64,000 nt of DNA. It comes from a bacterium. Lineage in GTDB: Bacteria > Zhuqueibacterota > QNDG01 > JAGLOF01. Location of the stretch: assembly GCA_023139105.1 (NCBI GenBank), contig JAGLOF010000091.1, forward strand, positions 10,391 to 74,390, in the 5' to 3' direction. Shown one piece after another: positions 19,537 to 30,800 of this stretch. Each line of letters opens with the position of its first letter. The first letter of the stretch is position 1. The position numbers were made by a program, and so were the translations under genes. Below the pieces are notes generated by a model. It worked only from the letters and a program-made list of their open reading frames with translations. It ran no database searches and was not told the DNA's origin.

Positions 19537-19886
19537 GGATTTCCTGTATTCGAGAATGAAATACAATATAAACTTTCATGAAGCCTGTTTCAAGTAAAAG
19601 GTGTATTTGTGGTGTGTTTATGCCGTTTTAGCTATGGTTATCAGCAGGGAAATAGTTTCATTTAGTCTCAGTTGTATTTCATAATGAAAGATCAGCTGTT
19701 TGGCGTGTCTCTGAAATTATTTATATAAATCATTGAATAACAATAGGTTGAATAAGTGATTAGAGATACTTTCCTCTAGATAAAACTAGTATAATTTTTT
19801 TCTGGCATATTCTTTGAACGGTCTTGTGTGACACTTCAGTGTTGTTGCATTTCTATTTTATTATAAATTATTTTTATTGGAATTCT

Positions 19887-21011
19887 ATGAACGAGCGTTG
19901 TAACATAAATTTTGATCAGCATGATCAAAATATGGGGCAGATTGTAGCAGGATTAGCGCATGAGTTTAACAATATATTTACAGCTATCAGCGGCAGTGCT
20001 GAAATTGCACTTCTTGAGACAGATCAGGGACAGCATATAAGAAGTGATCTTGATGCAATACGTAATGCCTCGGACAGAGGTGCGATGCTTATCTCTCAAT
20101 TATTGTATGCTGTTGGTAAAAAACGGTTGAACCGCGAAAAAATGAATGATATGGGCTGGGAGAGAGCATTCCGCAAGCTGGTTAGAGATTTGCCCGTAAA
20201 TATTAAAGTTCAGTGGCAGTTCTCTGATAATTTATGGCCGATCTATGTTGATAGAGAACAGTTAATATTGATTCTTAAACAGTTGTTGGACAATTCTATC
20301 AATGCAATGGAATCAGGTGGGACTATAAATATATCGCTGGATAATATCCGGAGTAATACATGTTTGCATAGAAGTGCCGGTCCGTATTTACGTATTCTTT
20401 TTGAAGATTCCGGGTGCGGAATGGAAAAAAAGATTGTACAGCGAGTATTGGAGCCATTCTTTACAAAGGAGATCATGCCCGGACATTCCGGTCTTGGCTT
20501 AGCTATGATACACGGCATTGTGGCAAAACACGGCGGATGGATTGATATTAAGAGTATGCCCGATGAGGGAGCACAGTTTTCAATCTACTTACCGGCACAA
20601 CCGGATTGGAAAGCCGCCCTTCAGGATGAATCCAATAATATTGAGGTACTACCCAGGCAACGTGTATTAGTAGTTGAAGATGAAGAAGATGTGTTGGAGT
20701 ATACGATGATGGGATTGAGCCAGGATGGCTTTGAAGTTGCCGGAGCCGGCTCCGCAGAAGAGGCAGAATCACTTTTTGGAGATGAGATGTTTCATATGGT
20801 TATAAGTGATGTAGGGCTGCCCGACGGTAATGGTGTGGAATTGATTGAGAGATTAGTAACACGCCGGCCAGCTTTAAAAGTTGTACTTTCCAGTGGATAT
20901 GCAGATCATCATCACAGGTGGCCTGCAATACGTGAACGTGGTTATCCATTCCTTGAAAAACCATATGCCCTTCAGGATCTGATTGCTACAGTGCGTCAGA
21001 TGAATGCCTAA
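19887..21011 (+). CDS. cytoplasmic histidine kinase / receiver hybrid
   Basis: H-box GLAHEFNNIFTAI, an HATPase_c domain (DSGCGM, GLGLAMIHG), and a C-terminal REC domain (VLVVEDEEDV...VISDVGLPDGNG). No TM or sensor domain. Confidence 0.8.
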   Translation: MNERCNINFDQHDQNMGQIVAGLAHEFNNIFTAISGSAEIALLETDQGQHIRSDLDAIRNASDRGAMLISQLLYAVGKKRLNREKMNDMGWERAFRKLVRDLPVNIKVQWQFSDNLWPIYVDREQLILILKQLLDNSINAMESGGTINISLDNIRSNTCLHRSAGPYLRILFEDSGCGMEKKIVQRVLEPFFTKEIMPGHSGLGLAMIHGIVAKHGGWIDIKSMPDEGAQFSIYLPAQPDWKAALQDESNNIEVLPRQRVLVVEDEEDVLEYTMMGLSQDGFEVAGAGSAEEAESLFGDEMFHMVISDVGLPDGNGVELIERLVTRRPALKVVLSSGYADHHHRWPAIRERGYPFLEKPYALQDLIATVRQMNA

Positions 21012-21035
21012 ACATAGCTAGTGGAGAGTAGATTG

Positions 21036-23054
21036 ATGCTTAAAAAGTTGAAATTGCGTGATAAGATGTTGGTCTCTATATTAGGGATTACACTATTGAT
21101 GCTTACAATTATTATGGTGTCCTTCAGCATCTATTCAAAACAGATTGTTGTACGCGAGACCCAACGAAGGGCCATGGAAAAAGTATATGGCGTATCGGCC
21201 GGGCTTGAGGGTTTTTTAAATGAAAAAAGTAAGATTGCATGGACATATTGTGAACATAAAACCGTAAAAGATTGGCTTCGTACCAATACACGACGCAAGG
21301 TGGATGAACGTTATGATAAAGCTTATGCCGATATTAAATTCCACCTTCGTAAATATGTAGCAGCAGACAGTGATATTAAATCACTTTTTATTGGCAGTGA
21401 GAAGACTCAGTATTACTACGAGGATGGTGATCGGCCTATGCCAGATGATTATCGCCTCAGAAATAGACCCTGGTATCGTGCTGTTGTTGAGTATGGCAGC
21501 CCTATGTTTGATGTTGATGTTGATCTGGTAGATAAATCAATTTCCGTAACTTATCAATATCCTATCTATGAAGAAGGTGCTCTTTTAGGTGTTGGAGGCG
21601 TAGATATTGATATAGCGATGTTTCAACAATATCTTGGAGAATTAAATAATATTTTTGAGACCGGAACAGTCTTTATGGTCGACAAGGATGGAGTAATACT
21701 GGTTCATCCCAATCTTGAATGGGTGCTACAGAAAAATATTAGTGAATTCACACATAAACATGATGGAAAAAATGCAAATATCCATCGTTTTATCGATAGG
21801 CTGAAGACCAGGGAAAGTGGTATTGACGAAGTTACATTTTTAGGGCGCGATGAGTATTTTATTTCAACACCTTTGTCGCAATTGGGTTGGACATTAGTGC
21901 TTTCGGTTGCCAGGGATGAGATAAATCGTCCTGTTAAAATGCTGGCACAATCATCCCTAATAATTCTCCTGATTACAGCTCTGATTCTGATAGTAGGTAT
22001 ATTAATGCTTACACGTTCTATAACCAAACCCATCCAGCGTGTAGTGACTCTTTTTAATGATATTGCAGAGGGACGTGGAGATTTAACACAGAGGCTTCCG
22101 GTAGAAACCAATGATGAGATTGGAGAAATGGCTGGTAGTTTTAATCTTTTCATGGATAGATTGCATAGTATTGTACAAAATGTAAAGAAAAATGCCGAAG
22201 AAATTGCAGGTACAACAGGAAATGTAAGTTCAACTGCTACGCAGTTGGCTGCCGGAGCAGAGGAGCAGAATGCCCAGGCATCTGAAGTTGCCAATAGTAT
22301 TCAGGAGATGGCCGCTGTCCTGGTGCAAAATGCACAGAGTGCAAAGATGACAGCTTCAATTGTAGAACGAGCTACGCATAAAGCCAATGAAGGTACAATA
22401 GTTATGCGTAATACACAGGAAGGTATGGATGGCATTGTGGAGGCATCGGGACGTACAGGGCAGATTGTGGAAACCATGTCAGGCCGTACAAGGCAGATAG
22501 GTGAGATAATTCGAGTTATAGATGATATTGCCGTACAGACCAACCTCCTGGCCCTTAATGCCGCTATTGAGGCATCCAGCGCTGGAGAATATGGTAAAGG
22601 TTTTGCCGTAGTGGCAGATGAGGTGCGTCAGTTGGCAATTCAAACCAAGAAGGCCACCAAGGAAGTTGTGAGAACTATATTGGAAATTCAGGATGATATG
22701 AGGCAGGTGGGAGAGGCAATGAATGAGTCTCAAGAAGTTGTGGCTCAGGGACGTGAGGCAACACTGCAAACCGAGACAGTTTTCCATGAAATTGTTGTAT
22801 CAGTTGAACAGGCCATGCAGATGGTCAGCCAGATTGCCATGGGTTCCGAAGAACAGAGACGCAGTGCTCAAGAGATATCGGGCAGCGTGCTGGCCATAAG
22901 CAATGTTACTGAAGAGTCTGCCCGTGGTGCTGAGCAGATGGCAGTTTCAGTAAAAGAACTTGAGACTCAAACAAATGCATTGCGCAATATCGTAGGCCAG
23001 TTCAGATTAAATGAAGAACTCATTGAACCGGAAATGGGAATTTATACAAATTAG
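21036..23054 (+). CDS. methyl-accepting chemotaxis protein (Cache-type sensor, HAMP)
   Basis: Two TM segments flank a Cache-like periplasmic domain. A HAMP domain follows ([17 protein letters not shown]), then the highly conserved MCP signalling hairpin ([37 protein letters not shown]). GGAGAG sits 7 nt upstream of ATG 21036. Confidence 0.9.
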   Translation: MLKKLKLRDKMLVSILGITLLMLTIIMVSFSIYSKQIVVRETQRRAMEKVYGVSAGLEGFLNEKSKIAWTYCEHKTVKDWLRTNTRRKVDERYDKAYADIKFHLRKYVAADSDIKSLFIGSEKTQYYYEDGDRPMPDDYRLRNRPWYRAVVEYGSPMFDVDVDLVDKSISVTYQYPIYEEGALLGVGGVDIDIAMFQQYLGELNNIFETGTVFMVDKDGVILVHPNLEWVLQKNISEFTHKHDGKNANIHRFIDRLKTRESGIDEVTFLGRDEYFISTPLSQLGWTLVLSVARDEINRPVKMLAQSSLIILLITALILIVGILMLTRSITKPIQRVVTLFNDIAEGRGDLTQRLPVETNDEIGEMAGSFNLFMDRLHSIVQNVKKNAEEIAGTTGNVSSTATQLAAGAEEQNAQASEVANSIQEMAAVLVQNAQSAKMTASIVERATHKANEGTIVMRNTQEGMDGIVEASGRTGQIVETMSGRTRQIGEIIRVIDDIAVQTNLLALNAAIEASSAGEYGKGFAVVADEVRQLAIQTKKATKEVVRTILEIQDDMRQVGEAMNESQEVVAQGREATLQTETVFHEIVVSVEQAMQMVSQIAMGSEEQRRSAQEISGSVLAISNVTEESARGAEQMAVSVKELETQTNALRNIVGQFRLNEELIEPEMGIYTN

Positions 23055-23069
23055 CCAATGTTTCCGTGG

Positions 23070-23834
23070 TTAAAATGATATTGTAATATCTATCGGGCAA
23101 TGGTCAGATCCCATGACATCAGGTAGTGTTGATGCTGATACAATATTATCTTTCATATTTTCACTTATAAAGAAATAGTCTATACGCCAGCCAACATTTC
23201 TGGATCTGGCCCTGGTACGAACATCCCACCATGTATAGAGTTCAGGCTCTTTATGGAATATTCGGAGTGTATCGGTGAATCCGGCTTCCATCAATTTATC
23301 AATCCAGGCACGCTCTTCAGGCAGGAAACCTGATGATTTCTGATTCTGTTTCGGATGAGTAAGATCAACAGGTTTATGAGCCGTATTGACATCACCGCAA
23401 ATTATTACTGATCTGCCTTGCTCTCTGGTCTTGATTACTTCTTTCAGGAAGGCATCGTAAAACTCCATTTTATATATCAATCGTTCTTTTGATGCTTTGC
23501 CATTGGGGAAATAGACATTATACAAGATAAAGTCGCCCATGTCTGTAATCATTATCCTGCCTTCGGAGTCAAATCTATGAATTCCAATTCCAGGTGTGAT
23601 GCTTTGTGGTTGTATTTTTGTATATGTTACAACACCGCTATAACCTTTTTTTTCAGCTGAAGAGAAATTAGCGTGATAACCTTTTGGCGTTAAAAGTTCT
23701 TCAATAAGTTGCTCCGGATGTGCCTTTGTCTCTTGCAGGCATAGAATGTCAGGTGCTTCTTCTGCAAACCATTCAAGGAATCCTTTTTTTGATATGGCTC
23801 TAATGCCGTTTACATTCCATGAAATTAGTCTCAT
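23070..23834 (-). CDS. xth: exodeoxyribonuclease III
   Basis: [20 protein letters not shown], and SDHCP motifs. About 255 aa. Confidence 0.9.
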   Translation of the reverse strand: MRLISWNVNGIRAISKKGFLEWFAEEAPDILCLQETKAHPEQLIEELLTPKGYHANFSSAEKKGYSGVVTYTKIQPQSITPGIGIHRFDSEGRIMITDMGDFILYNVYFPNGKASKERLIYKMEFYDAFLKEVIKTREQGRSVIICGDVNTAHKPVDLTHPKQNQKSSGFLPEERAWIDKLMEAGFTDTLRIFHKEPELYTWWDVRTRARSRNVGWRIDYFFISENMKDNIVSASTLPDVMGSDHCPIDITISF

Positions 23835-23872
23835 AATCTGCCTTTCCATATATTTGATTCTATTATTTGCTG

Positions 23873-24616
23873 TTACACAGGTTTAAGCCAGCTCATAGGC
23901 CAGCGCCAGATTTTTCCATCCGGAGTCATAATTACAATACGTTTTGAATTGAGTCTTATCGGGCGCTCTACCAGGGCGGTCTCTCCTTGATAATTGTGCT
24001 GTGTATCATTTAGAATTAACAGCTTGTCGCCTTTTTTAAGACCTCTGAATTTTTTAAACGGATCAAAGATTGAAATGCGTCTTTTTTGTTTTCTTTTTTT
24101 CTTCAATAATATACGTTTTCCTGCAATGGAAAAACCAGTATCCTGTGTCCGTGAAAGTGCCCATTTATTAGCGGCTTGTTCTCCCTGGCGAGGATGCAGA
24201 TTTAAATGATATCTTCTATAATGATGTAGCTCATGTGCAAAGAGCAGTGCCAGATGATCTTCCAGAGATGTGTAGTGAAATTTCCACCCATAAATATCCT
24301 GCTCGGCCCTTGGATATATTGTTGCCGGTCTGTCCAAGTGCATGCGTATCAGTCTAAAACGTTCCGGTAGATTTTGCGGGACAGGAAATATATTGGCGTT
24401 TTTCCACGTGCCGCGTTGTGCATGCCAGGTTTGTGGAGTATGCCAATCTCTAATATAAGCAGTACCACGGCAGGAGAGCCCGGGAACGCCAAAATATACT
24501 GCTACTGCCAGATCATTGACATCTGTATTCGCTGAAATTTCCTGAAGAATTTCTTGAACCCGTTCAGAATTAAGATATGTACCGCGCTTTGCATGGGTAA
24601 AAGTATGGATGTGCAT
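23873..24616 (-). CDS. hypothetical protein with HExxH motif
   Basis: A 247-aa ORF with good coding appearance. It has a single AHELHHY (HExxH) motif and a basic KKKRKQKRR stretch. No family recognised. Confidence 0.5.
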   Translation of the reverse strand: MHIHTFTHAKRGTYLNSERVQEILQEISANTDVNDLAVAVYFGVPGLSCRGTAYIRDWHTPQTWHAQRGTWKNANIFPVPQNLPERFRLIRMHLDRPATIYPRAEQDIYGWKFHYTSLEDHLALLFAHELHHYRRYHLNLHPRQGEQAANKWALSRTQDTGFSIAGKRILLKKKRKQKRRISIFDPFKKFRGLKKGDKLLILNDTQHNYQGETALVERPIRLNSKRIVIMTPDGKIWRWPMSWLKPV

Positions 24617-24742
24617 ATAAACCTGGCTGAATAACTAAAGGGGCTGTATCAGAATAACAGCCCCTTCTGTATCACAGAAACCCAAGGAGGTGCAGTCGGA
24701 GGGTTTCATATAATTATACGGTTTGTGGCCGAATTAGTTCTA

Positions 24743-25672
24743 TTAAACAGTTGAGTCCGGATGTTTTTTACGCCAATTGGTAATTACTCTATTACCTATA
24801 AAGAACATCATGGTACCTAAAGCGGCTCCTGCTATAGGGTCTACTGCATGGTGGTAACGGCAATATACTGTAGACAGGGCTACGCCGATAGCAAGGAACA
24901 TGAATAGAAGCCCCAGTTTTCTTTGATACTTTAATGTAGACCACGCCACAATGAAAGCACCTGAACAATGTGAACTGGGGAAGGCACCGCCTCTTACAGA
25001 GCCATTGGCCTGCATAAATTGATTTATTGATTGAAAGAATCCGCCTTCTGCCTCAACAGTATGCAGGTCTTTCAAAATGATCCACGCGCCTTCTGCAGGA
25101 AAGAGCAGAAAGAGCAGAAAATTTATGTAATATGAGAAGAAAATTAGAAAGAACAAATCAATGGCATCTTTCTTTCTATTTCTAAAATAGAGTGTCATAG
25201 AGCTTACAGGGATAAAGAGGAAATAGACCCAATAGAAGAAATTCATCAGCTCTGTTAACCATGGACGGAAAATACCTTCAAGCCATACTGTAGGATGACA
25301 TCCGAAAAGTTTAAGATCCAGGTTGACTACCCAGTCATTGGCCCAATAAGGTAGAATCATAGTAACAATGTGTTCAAACTCTCCCCAGCCAATAGCCAGA
25401 GCCAATCCGGCATAGAATGTACGTATAAACCGGAAGATGAAGCTTGGTATGCGGGCTTCCTGACGCAGGAATTCCAGCAACGCAATTGCAATACCAAAGT
25501 GTACAAATGGGTATGTACCCCAGTGTGGAACATCTCTGTGGAAGGGTATGATCAAAAGGCCTATAATGGTTGTATAACCCAATGAGATATAATCTATCGG
25601 ATGAAAATTGATGATGCCGTAGCGGTGTTTAATTGCCGCCATTATTTGTTTTATGATATTATTTGACTGCAA
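24743..25672 (-). CDS. PAP2-superfamily (PAP2_C-like) integral membrane protein
   Basis: A multi-TM protein with FPSSHCSGAF and CRYHHAVDPIAGA motifs resembling PAP2 C2/C3 boxes. The start is uncertain (TTG 25672 or ATG 25642). Confidence 0.6.
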   Translation of the reverse strand: MQSNNIIKQIMAAIKHRYGIINFHPIDYISLGYTTIIGLLIIPFHRDVPHWGTYPFVHFGIAIALLEFLRQEARIPSFIFRFIRTFYAGLALAIGWGEFEHIVTMILPYWANDWVVNLDLKLFGCHPTVWLEGIFRPWLTELMNFFYWVYFLFIPVSSMTLYFRNRKKDAIDLFFLIFFSYYINFLLFLLFPAEGAWIILKDLHTVEAEGGFFQSINQFMQANGSVRGGAFPSSHCSGAFIVAWSTLKYQRKLGLLFMFLAIGVALSTVYCRYHHAVDPIAGAALGTMMFFIGNRVITNWRKKHPDSTV

Positions 25673-26009
25673 GGATGCTCCTATAGCTGATGGTATTTAT
25701 ATTATTCATGATTGGCTTTAATGTAATTGATCAGTTTACGCAAAAAAACAGGGTGGATCAAGTTGTTTTTCGGCGCAAATTTATTTTTAGATGGATAAGT
25801 AAATTCCAGGTCAGATTTCTTGTTCCGACGCACCGGCAAAAGCGACCGGTCTTGTAAGGGAAAGAACTGCCGCTTTGTCCGAATATATTATTATGTGACA
25901 TTTTCTTAACCTGCTAAATCTTTATAAAACAGGCTATATTTCAAATGGAGAAAAATGGCATGCCCATTGCTTGGATAGAGTGCAGTTATCAACTTGGAAT
26001 GGGGAAAAA

Positions 26010-26627
26010 ATGCAGCGCTTCAACATCTACTTCATCATACTGTCCATCGGAATACTCTTTTCCGGAATTACATCTGCAGCAACTCTAAATTGGGAAGCCT
26101 GTGCGGATGCTGATCTTGTTGGTTATCAGATATATTGCGGCAATGAATCCGGTGTATATACTGATACCATTGATGTTGGTAATGTTGTTGAATATTCTCT
26201 TTCAGCCATGGCAGTGGGACATAGTTACTACCTGGCCGTTTCTGCTTATGACCATTGGGGAAATCAAAGTGAACTTTCTACGGAAATTCCATATGAACCA
26301 CAGGTAGCAACGGATGTTGATGATCACTTAAATGCCATGCCTCGTAGTTTTGCTCTTCAACAGAATTATCCCAATCCCTTCAATCCCGAGACTACTATTC
26401 TATATTCTCTTGATGAATCAGGCCCCTTTGAATTGGCTGTATATAATCTTCGCGGTCAGTGTGTGAAAGTTTTATTGGATGATAATGCACCTTATCAGGG
26501 TACAAAGGGAAGTGCCATGTGGGACGGAAGAGATTCTTCCGGTCAGTCTGTGGCTTCCGGTGTATATTTTTACCGTCTGCGTCAGGGTCGGAAAATCAAG
26601 ACCAAACAGATGTCATTAACCAGATAA
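26010..26627 (+). CDS. secreted FN3-like protein with T9SS-type C-terminal sorting domain
   Basis: Signal peptide MQRFNIYFIILSIGILFSGITSAA, an FN3-like block (LVGYQIYCG...YYLAVSAYD), and a C-terminal NYPNPFNPETTILYSL...GVYFYRL sorting-domain signature. Confidence 0.7.
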   Translation: MQRFNIYFIILSIGILFSGITSAATLNWEACADADLVGYQIYCGNESGVYTDTIDVGNVVEYSLSAMAVGHSYYLAVSAYDHWGNQSELSTEIPYEPQVATDVDDHLNAMPRSFALQQNYPNPFNPETTILYSLDESGPFELAVYNLRGQCVKVLLDDNAPYQGTKGSAMWDGRDSSGQSVASGVYFYRLRQGRKIKTKQMSLTR

Positions 26628-26644
26628 TTCAGGATTAAATTAGA

Positions 26645-27040
26645 ATGGAAGCAGTATCTACAGCCGCAATTGAACCCAAGGAAGTCTTAGTTGTTGATGA
26701 TGATCCTATCCTTGTAAAAACACTTGGTGCTTATCTGAAGAGAGCGGGTTACCGTGTAAGGACGGCTTCTCATGGATTGGAGGCTCTACAGCGCGTCAAG
26801 GCGCATAAACCGGATATTATTCTACTCGATGTATTAATGCCAATGCTGGATGGATTCAAAGTTGCGCGTATGTTAAAATTTGATAGGAATACAAGAGATA
26901 TTCCGATAATAGTTATTACCTCCAGAGCCACTGAGAATGAACGTAATCTCGGGGCACAGGTTGGAGCAGATGAATATATGACCAAACCTTATAAGATCAG
27001 CCATGTTCTTCAGGCTGTTGCCAGGCATTTGAATAATTAA
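26645..27040 (+). CDS. single-domain response regulator (CheY-like)
   Basis: VLVVDDDP...DIILLDVLMPMLDG...VITSR...KP, the receiver signature. 131 aa, no output domain. Confidence 0.85.
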   Translation: MEAVSTAAIEPKEVLVVDDDPILVKTLGAYLKRAGYRVRTASHGLEALQRVKAHKPDIILLDVLMPMLDGFKVARMLKFDRNTRDIPIIVITSRATENERNLGAQVGADEYMTKPYKISHVLQAVARHLNN

Positions 27041-27063
27041 TCCCTTTTCGTCTTCCTGTTTTT

Positions 27064-27097
27064 GATAAGCTCCCCGGTGTTAATCGGGGAGCTTATC
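27064..27097 (+). terminator. strong hairpin downstream of the response-regulator gene
   Basis: GATAAGCTCCCCG-GTGTTAAT-CGGGGAGCTTATC is a 13-bp perfect stem. There is no T-run after it (the T-run precedes it), so it is not a canonical intrinsic terminator. Confidence 0.4.
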
Positions 27098-27533
27098 AAT
27101 ATATAGCATCATTGATTTGTATCACTTTAGAGCTAAATTTCAGGCTCTTCCGGCAATTGAGTGGAATATTAAATCCGCAGATAACCCGGAAGAACACAAA
27201 AGAAAAAGCATTTGTCCACGGAATACACGGAGCCTCCCAGCCCTGCCCTACATATAAAAAAAGAGCTCTTGCGGATGATGTCTTGTACACTCTCAAGAAT
27301 GTCATCCCCCGTACAGAACCGGGACTCGGCCCGAAATCTTTTTGCGTTGCTTATAAATGATGAATATCCAATGTCCAATATCGAATATAGAAGTAAGAAC
27401 TCCTTGGGTATTCTGCATTCGGTGTTCTGCTGTTGGATATTCGTTCTATTAAATTTCAATTAAAGATCACTTGAATTCAATATCCTTGAGGCATGACTGG
27501 AATACGCTGAAAAAGAAGTTGGGAGGCTATGGT

Positions 27534-27682
27534 AGTGGGTGAGAAACTCACCCATTTAGATAATTGATTTTATTGAATTAAGCTTGTTTTTAGCGTAGGT
27601 GGGTGAGAAATTCACCCACCTTTTTTAATCTCTTTAAAAATAAAGACTTAGGTTATGTAGGTGGGTGAGAAATTCACCCACT
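27534..27682 (+). repeat. three copies of a palindromic ~24-nt element in the leader of the RHS gene
   Basis: GTAG(G)TGGGTGAGAAAYTCACCCA occurs at 27535-27554, 27598-27620 and 27660-27681, spaced 63 and 62 nt apart. Each is a 7-9-bp inverted repeat (GGTGGGTGA / TCACCCACC). Copy 2 is followed by TTTTTT. Confidence 0.8.
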
Positions 27683-27866
27683 TTCTCGATTTTACTGTTT
27701 CTGTTTTTAAAAATATAATTACATGATGATGTTTTTAAGCTTTTGATTTTATGGGGGTTATGAATACATGTGTTTTTTATGATATGGGAATGGTATGGTT
27801 GTTGTGTATAGAGGGGGTAATTGGATAAAAGTAATTTCTCCCTAACAACAAGCTGAGAGGTGAAAC

Positions 27867-30800
27867 ATGAAATGCGGATGGTTTTATCGGTTAAAATATT
27901 TAATAGCAGTATGTTTTTTGTTAGTACCAGTTATACTTTCGGCACAGCAAATATTTTCAAACGGTTTTGAATCCGGCACTTTCAGCCCTGAGTGGACAGA
28001 AGGCAGTGCTGGTGTAAAGACTATTATCAATACCGATTCATACACCGGCCAGTACTGTGTGAGTATGGAAAACTATTCAGGCACTAACTGCATATACACC
28101 AGCACTGCTCTATCAGTTACTGCCGGAAATACTTATACTATCAAAGTATGGTATAAATGTGCAGCAGACAGGCAAGCACGAGTTAATTTTTATGATAATT
28201 TAAACTATCGCAGCCATAGTAGTGCTTTCTTTAGCGGTACTGGCACGTGGACGCAGTTGGAGCATTCTTTTGTTGCTGAAACAGACTGCCAGCAGGTGAA
28301 AATTTTTCTTTATGGTCATTACGGCAGTGGGACAACTGCTGTGTTGTATGATGAAATTGAGATTTATGAAAATGATAACAGCACGCCCAGTTTGACGGTC
28401 ACTGATCCCAACGGGGGCGAAGCCTGGACAGCCGGGACAATCCAGACAATATCCTGGGTCAATGAGAATTTTACTGATACAGTGGCACTGGAATATACCA
28501 TTGATGGTGGTCAGTATTGGAATACCATTGTCAGTGGCTCCACCAATGATGGCACCCAGCATTGGCTTGTTCCCGATTCTGCGTCGTCCAACTGCCTGGT
28601 GCGAATTTATGATTCAGCAGATCAATCACCTGCTGATACCAGTGACGCTGTTTTCAGTATTGCTGCTCAACCGGTTTTGGTAGAGATCTTTGCTGATGGA
28701 TTTGAGAGCGGTGCTTTCGGCCCGGTCTGGACAGCGGGCAGTGGTGGTGTAAAGAGTGTCATCAGTACAGATTTTCATGCTGGACAGTACTGTGCCAGTA
28801 TGGATGCTCATACAGCAACCAGCTACATCCATTGTTCTACGCCACTGACTGTGACTCCTGGTAAAACTTACATCATCAGAGGATGGTATAAGTGTAGTGC
28901 CGATCGCCAGGCCCGGGTGAACCTATATGATAACCTGAACTATCGAAGCCACAACAGCCTGATGCTAGATGGCACCGGGGACTGGGAACCGCTGGAACAT
29001 TCATTTATAGCAGAGAATGACTGCCAGCAAGTAGAGGTTTTCCTTTATGGCCACAATGGTACAGGTAGCACACCCATTTTCTATGATGATATCCAAGTCC
29101 TGGAAGATGCCAGTACCATGCCCACCCTGACTGTAGCTATGCCCAATGGCGGTGAGGAGTGGACTGTAAACACCAGCATGAATATTGCCTGGTCCAGTGT
29201 AAATTTTACTGACAATGTGACGCTGGAGTATTCCATTGGTGGTGGCAGTTATTGGAATACCATTGTTAGCAACACCACCAATGATGACAACCATGATTGG
29301 ACTGTACCTGATTCGGTAACTACCAATTGCCTGGTGCGTATCTATGACACTGCAGATCAAAGTCCCTGTGATACCAGCAATGGCTCCTTCAGCATAGTGG
29401 CACAATCAGATTCAATACAGATTTTTTCCAATGGATTTGAAACAGGTACCTTTAGCCCGATCTGGACTGAAGGCAGCAACGGTACCAAGCTTGTGATAAA
29501 TACAGATTATCACACAGGTCAATACTGTGTGAGTATTGATCAATACAGTGGTACCAACTGCGTCTATACCTCTACGCAGCTTGACGTCACTGCGGGCCGG
29601 ACCTATACAGTCAAGGCATGGTATAAGTGTGATACTGGCCGTGATGCCAGGGTCAACTTTTATGACAATTTGAATTACAGAAGCCATTCCAGTGCATACT
29701 TCAATGGCACGGGCGCATGGACTCAGTTGGAACATTCATTTGTTGCCGAGTCTGATTGTCAGCAAGTTGAGTTTTTTCTTTATGGTCATTACGGCACCGG
29801 TACAACACCGGTGTTGTATGATGATGTGGAAATTTATGAAGTGTGGGAAGAAACCGATACAACAGCCTTGGTGCTCTATGCCTATGAACCCTTTGATAGT
29901 CTGAGCACCATTGATGAATTCGTTCGTATTCTGGGTCAAGTCAACAAGCCAGACGTTCCTGTGACGGTTAATGGCACAGCCATGACTGTTGACAGTACAG
30001 GACGATTCCAAGCCCAATTATCGCTTTCTCTGGGAAGCAACACCTTTGTCTTTAATGCCAACAATGGAGAGGCCACCATCAGCAGAGTGGTTTACAGAGA
30101 AGCCGCCGATCTGCCTCCTGATCCTGAAGATGTTGCACCACCGGTTGATAATACAGTTACTACAACAGTGACTAATTCAACCCGATTCCTCTATACGGGC
30201 ATTAATCCTATACAGACAGGCGTTGATACTTCGCAGATGGACCCTGTCAGGGCAGCTGTTGTGCGCGGTAAAGTAGTTACTGTTACCGGAGACCCCCTTC
30301 ATGGTGCCATTATGACCATCAAAGATTATCCTGAGTTTGGGCAGACCAAATCCAGAGAGGACGGCTGGTTTGATATGGCTGTGAATGGTGGTGACGATCT
30401 GACGGTGCATTATTCCCGGCAGGGGTATTTAGATGTACAACGCCGCTTCCATGTGGACTGGCAGGATTGGGCCGTTATGGATAGCGTTGCCATGATTCAA
30501 CTTGATACCCGAGTGACGGTGGTTGATTTTAGTGATACCATTCAGGTTGCCCGGGGCAATGTCGTGACAGATGATGATGGTGCGCGCCAGGCAACTATGA
30601 TTTTTAAGCAGGGTACGCAGGCGGAAATGGTGATGCCAGATGGCAGCAGGCAGGCTTTGGATGAATTGCACATCCGTGCCACTGAATATACGGTGGGCGA
30701 TATTGGTGTCGCGGCCATGCCCGCTATGCTGCCGCCCGAAAGCGGATACACCTACTGTGTTGAATTGACATGCGATGAAGCACTGAAAGCCGGTGCTACA

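Noticed and set aside
27534-27682. The three spaced palindromic repeats as a mini-CRISPR array
   Set aside because: There are only three copies. The repeat is only about 24 nt, is not identical between copies, and is strongly self-complementary with a T-run after one copy. No cas genes or leader-like context are in the window. The location in a gene leader fits operators or hairpins better.
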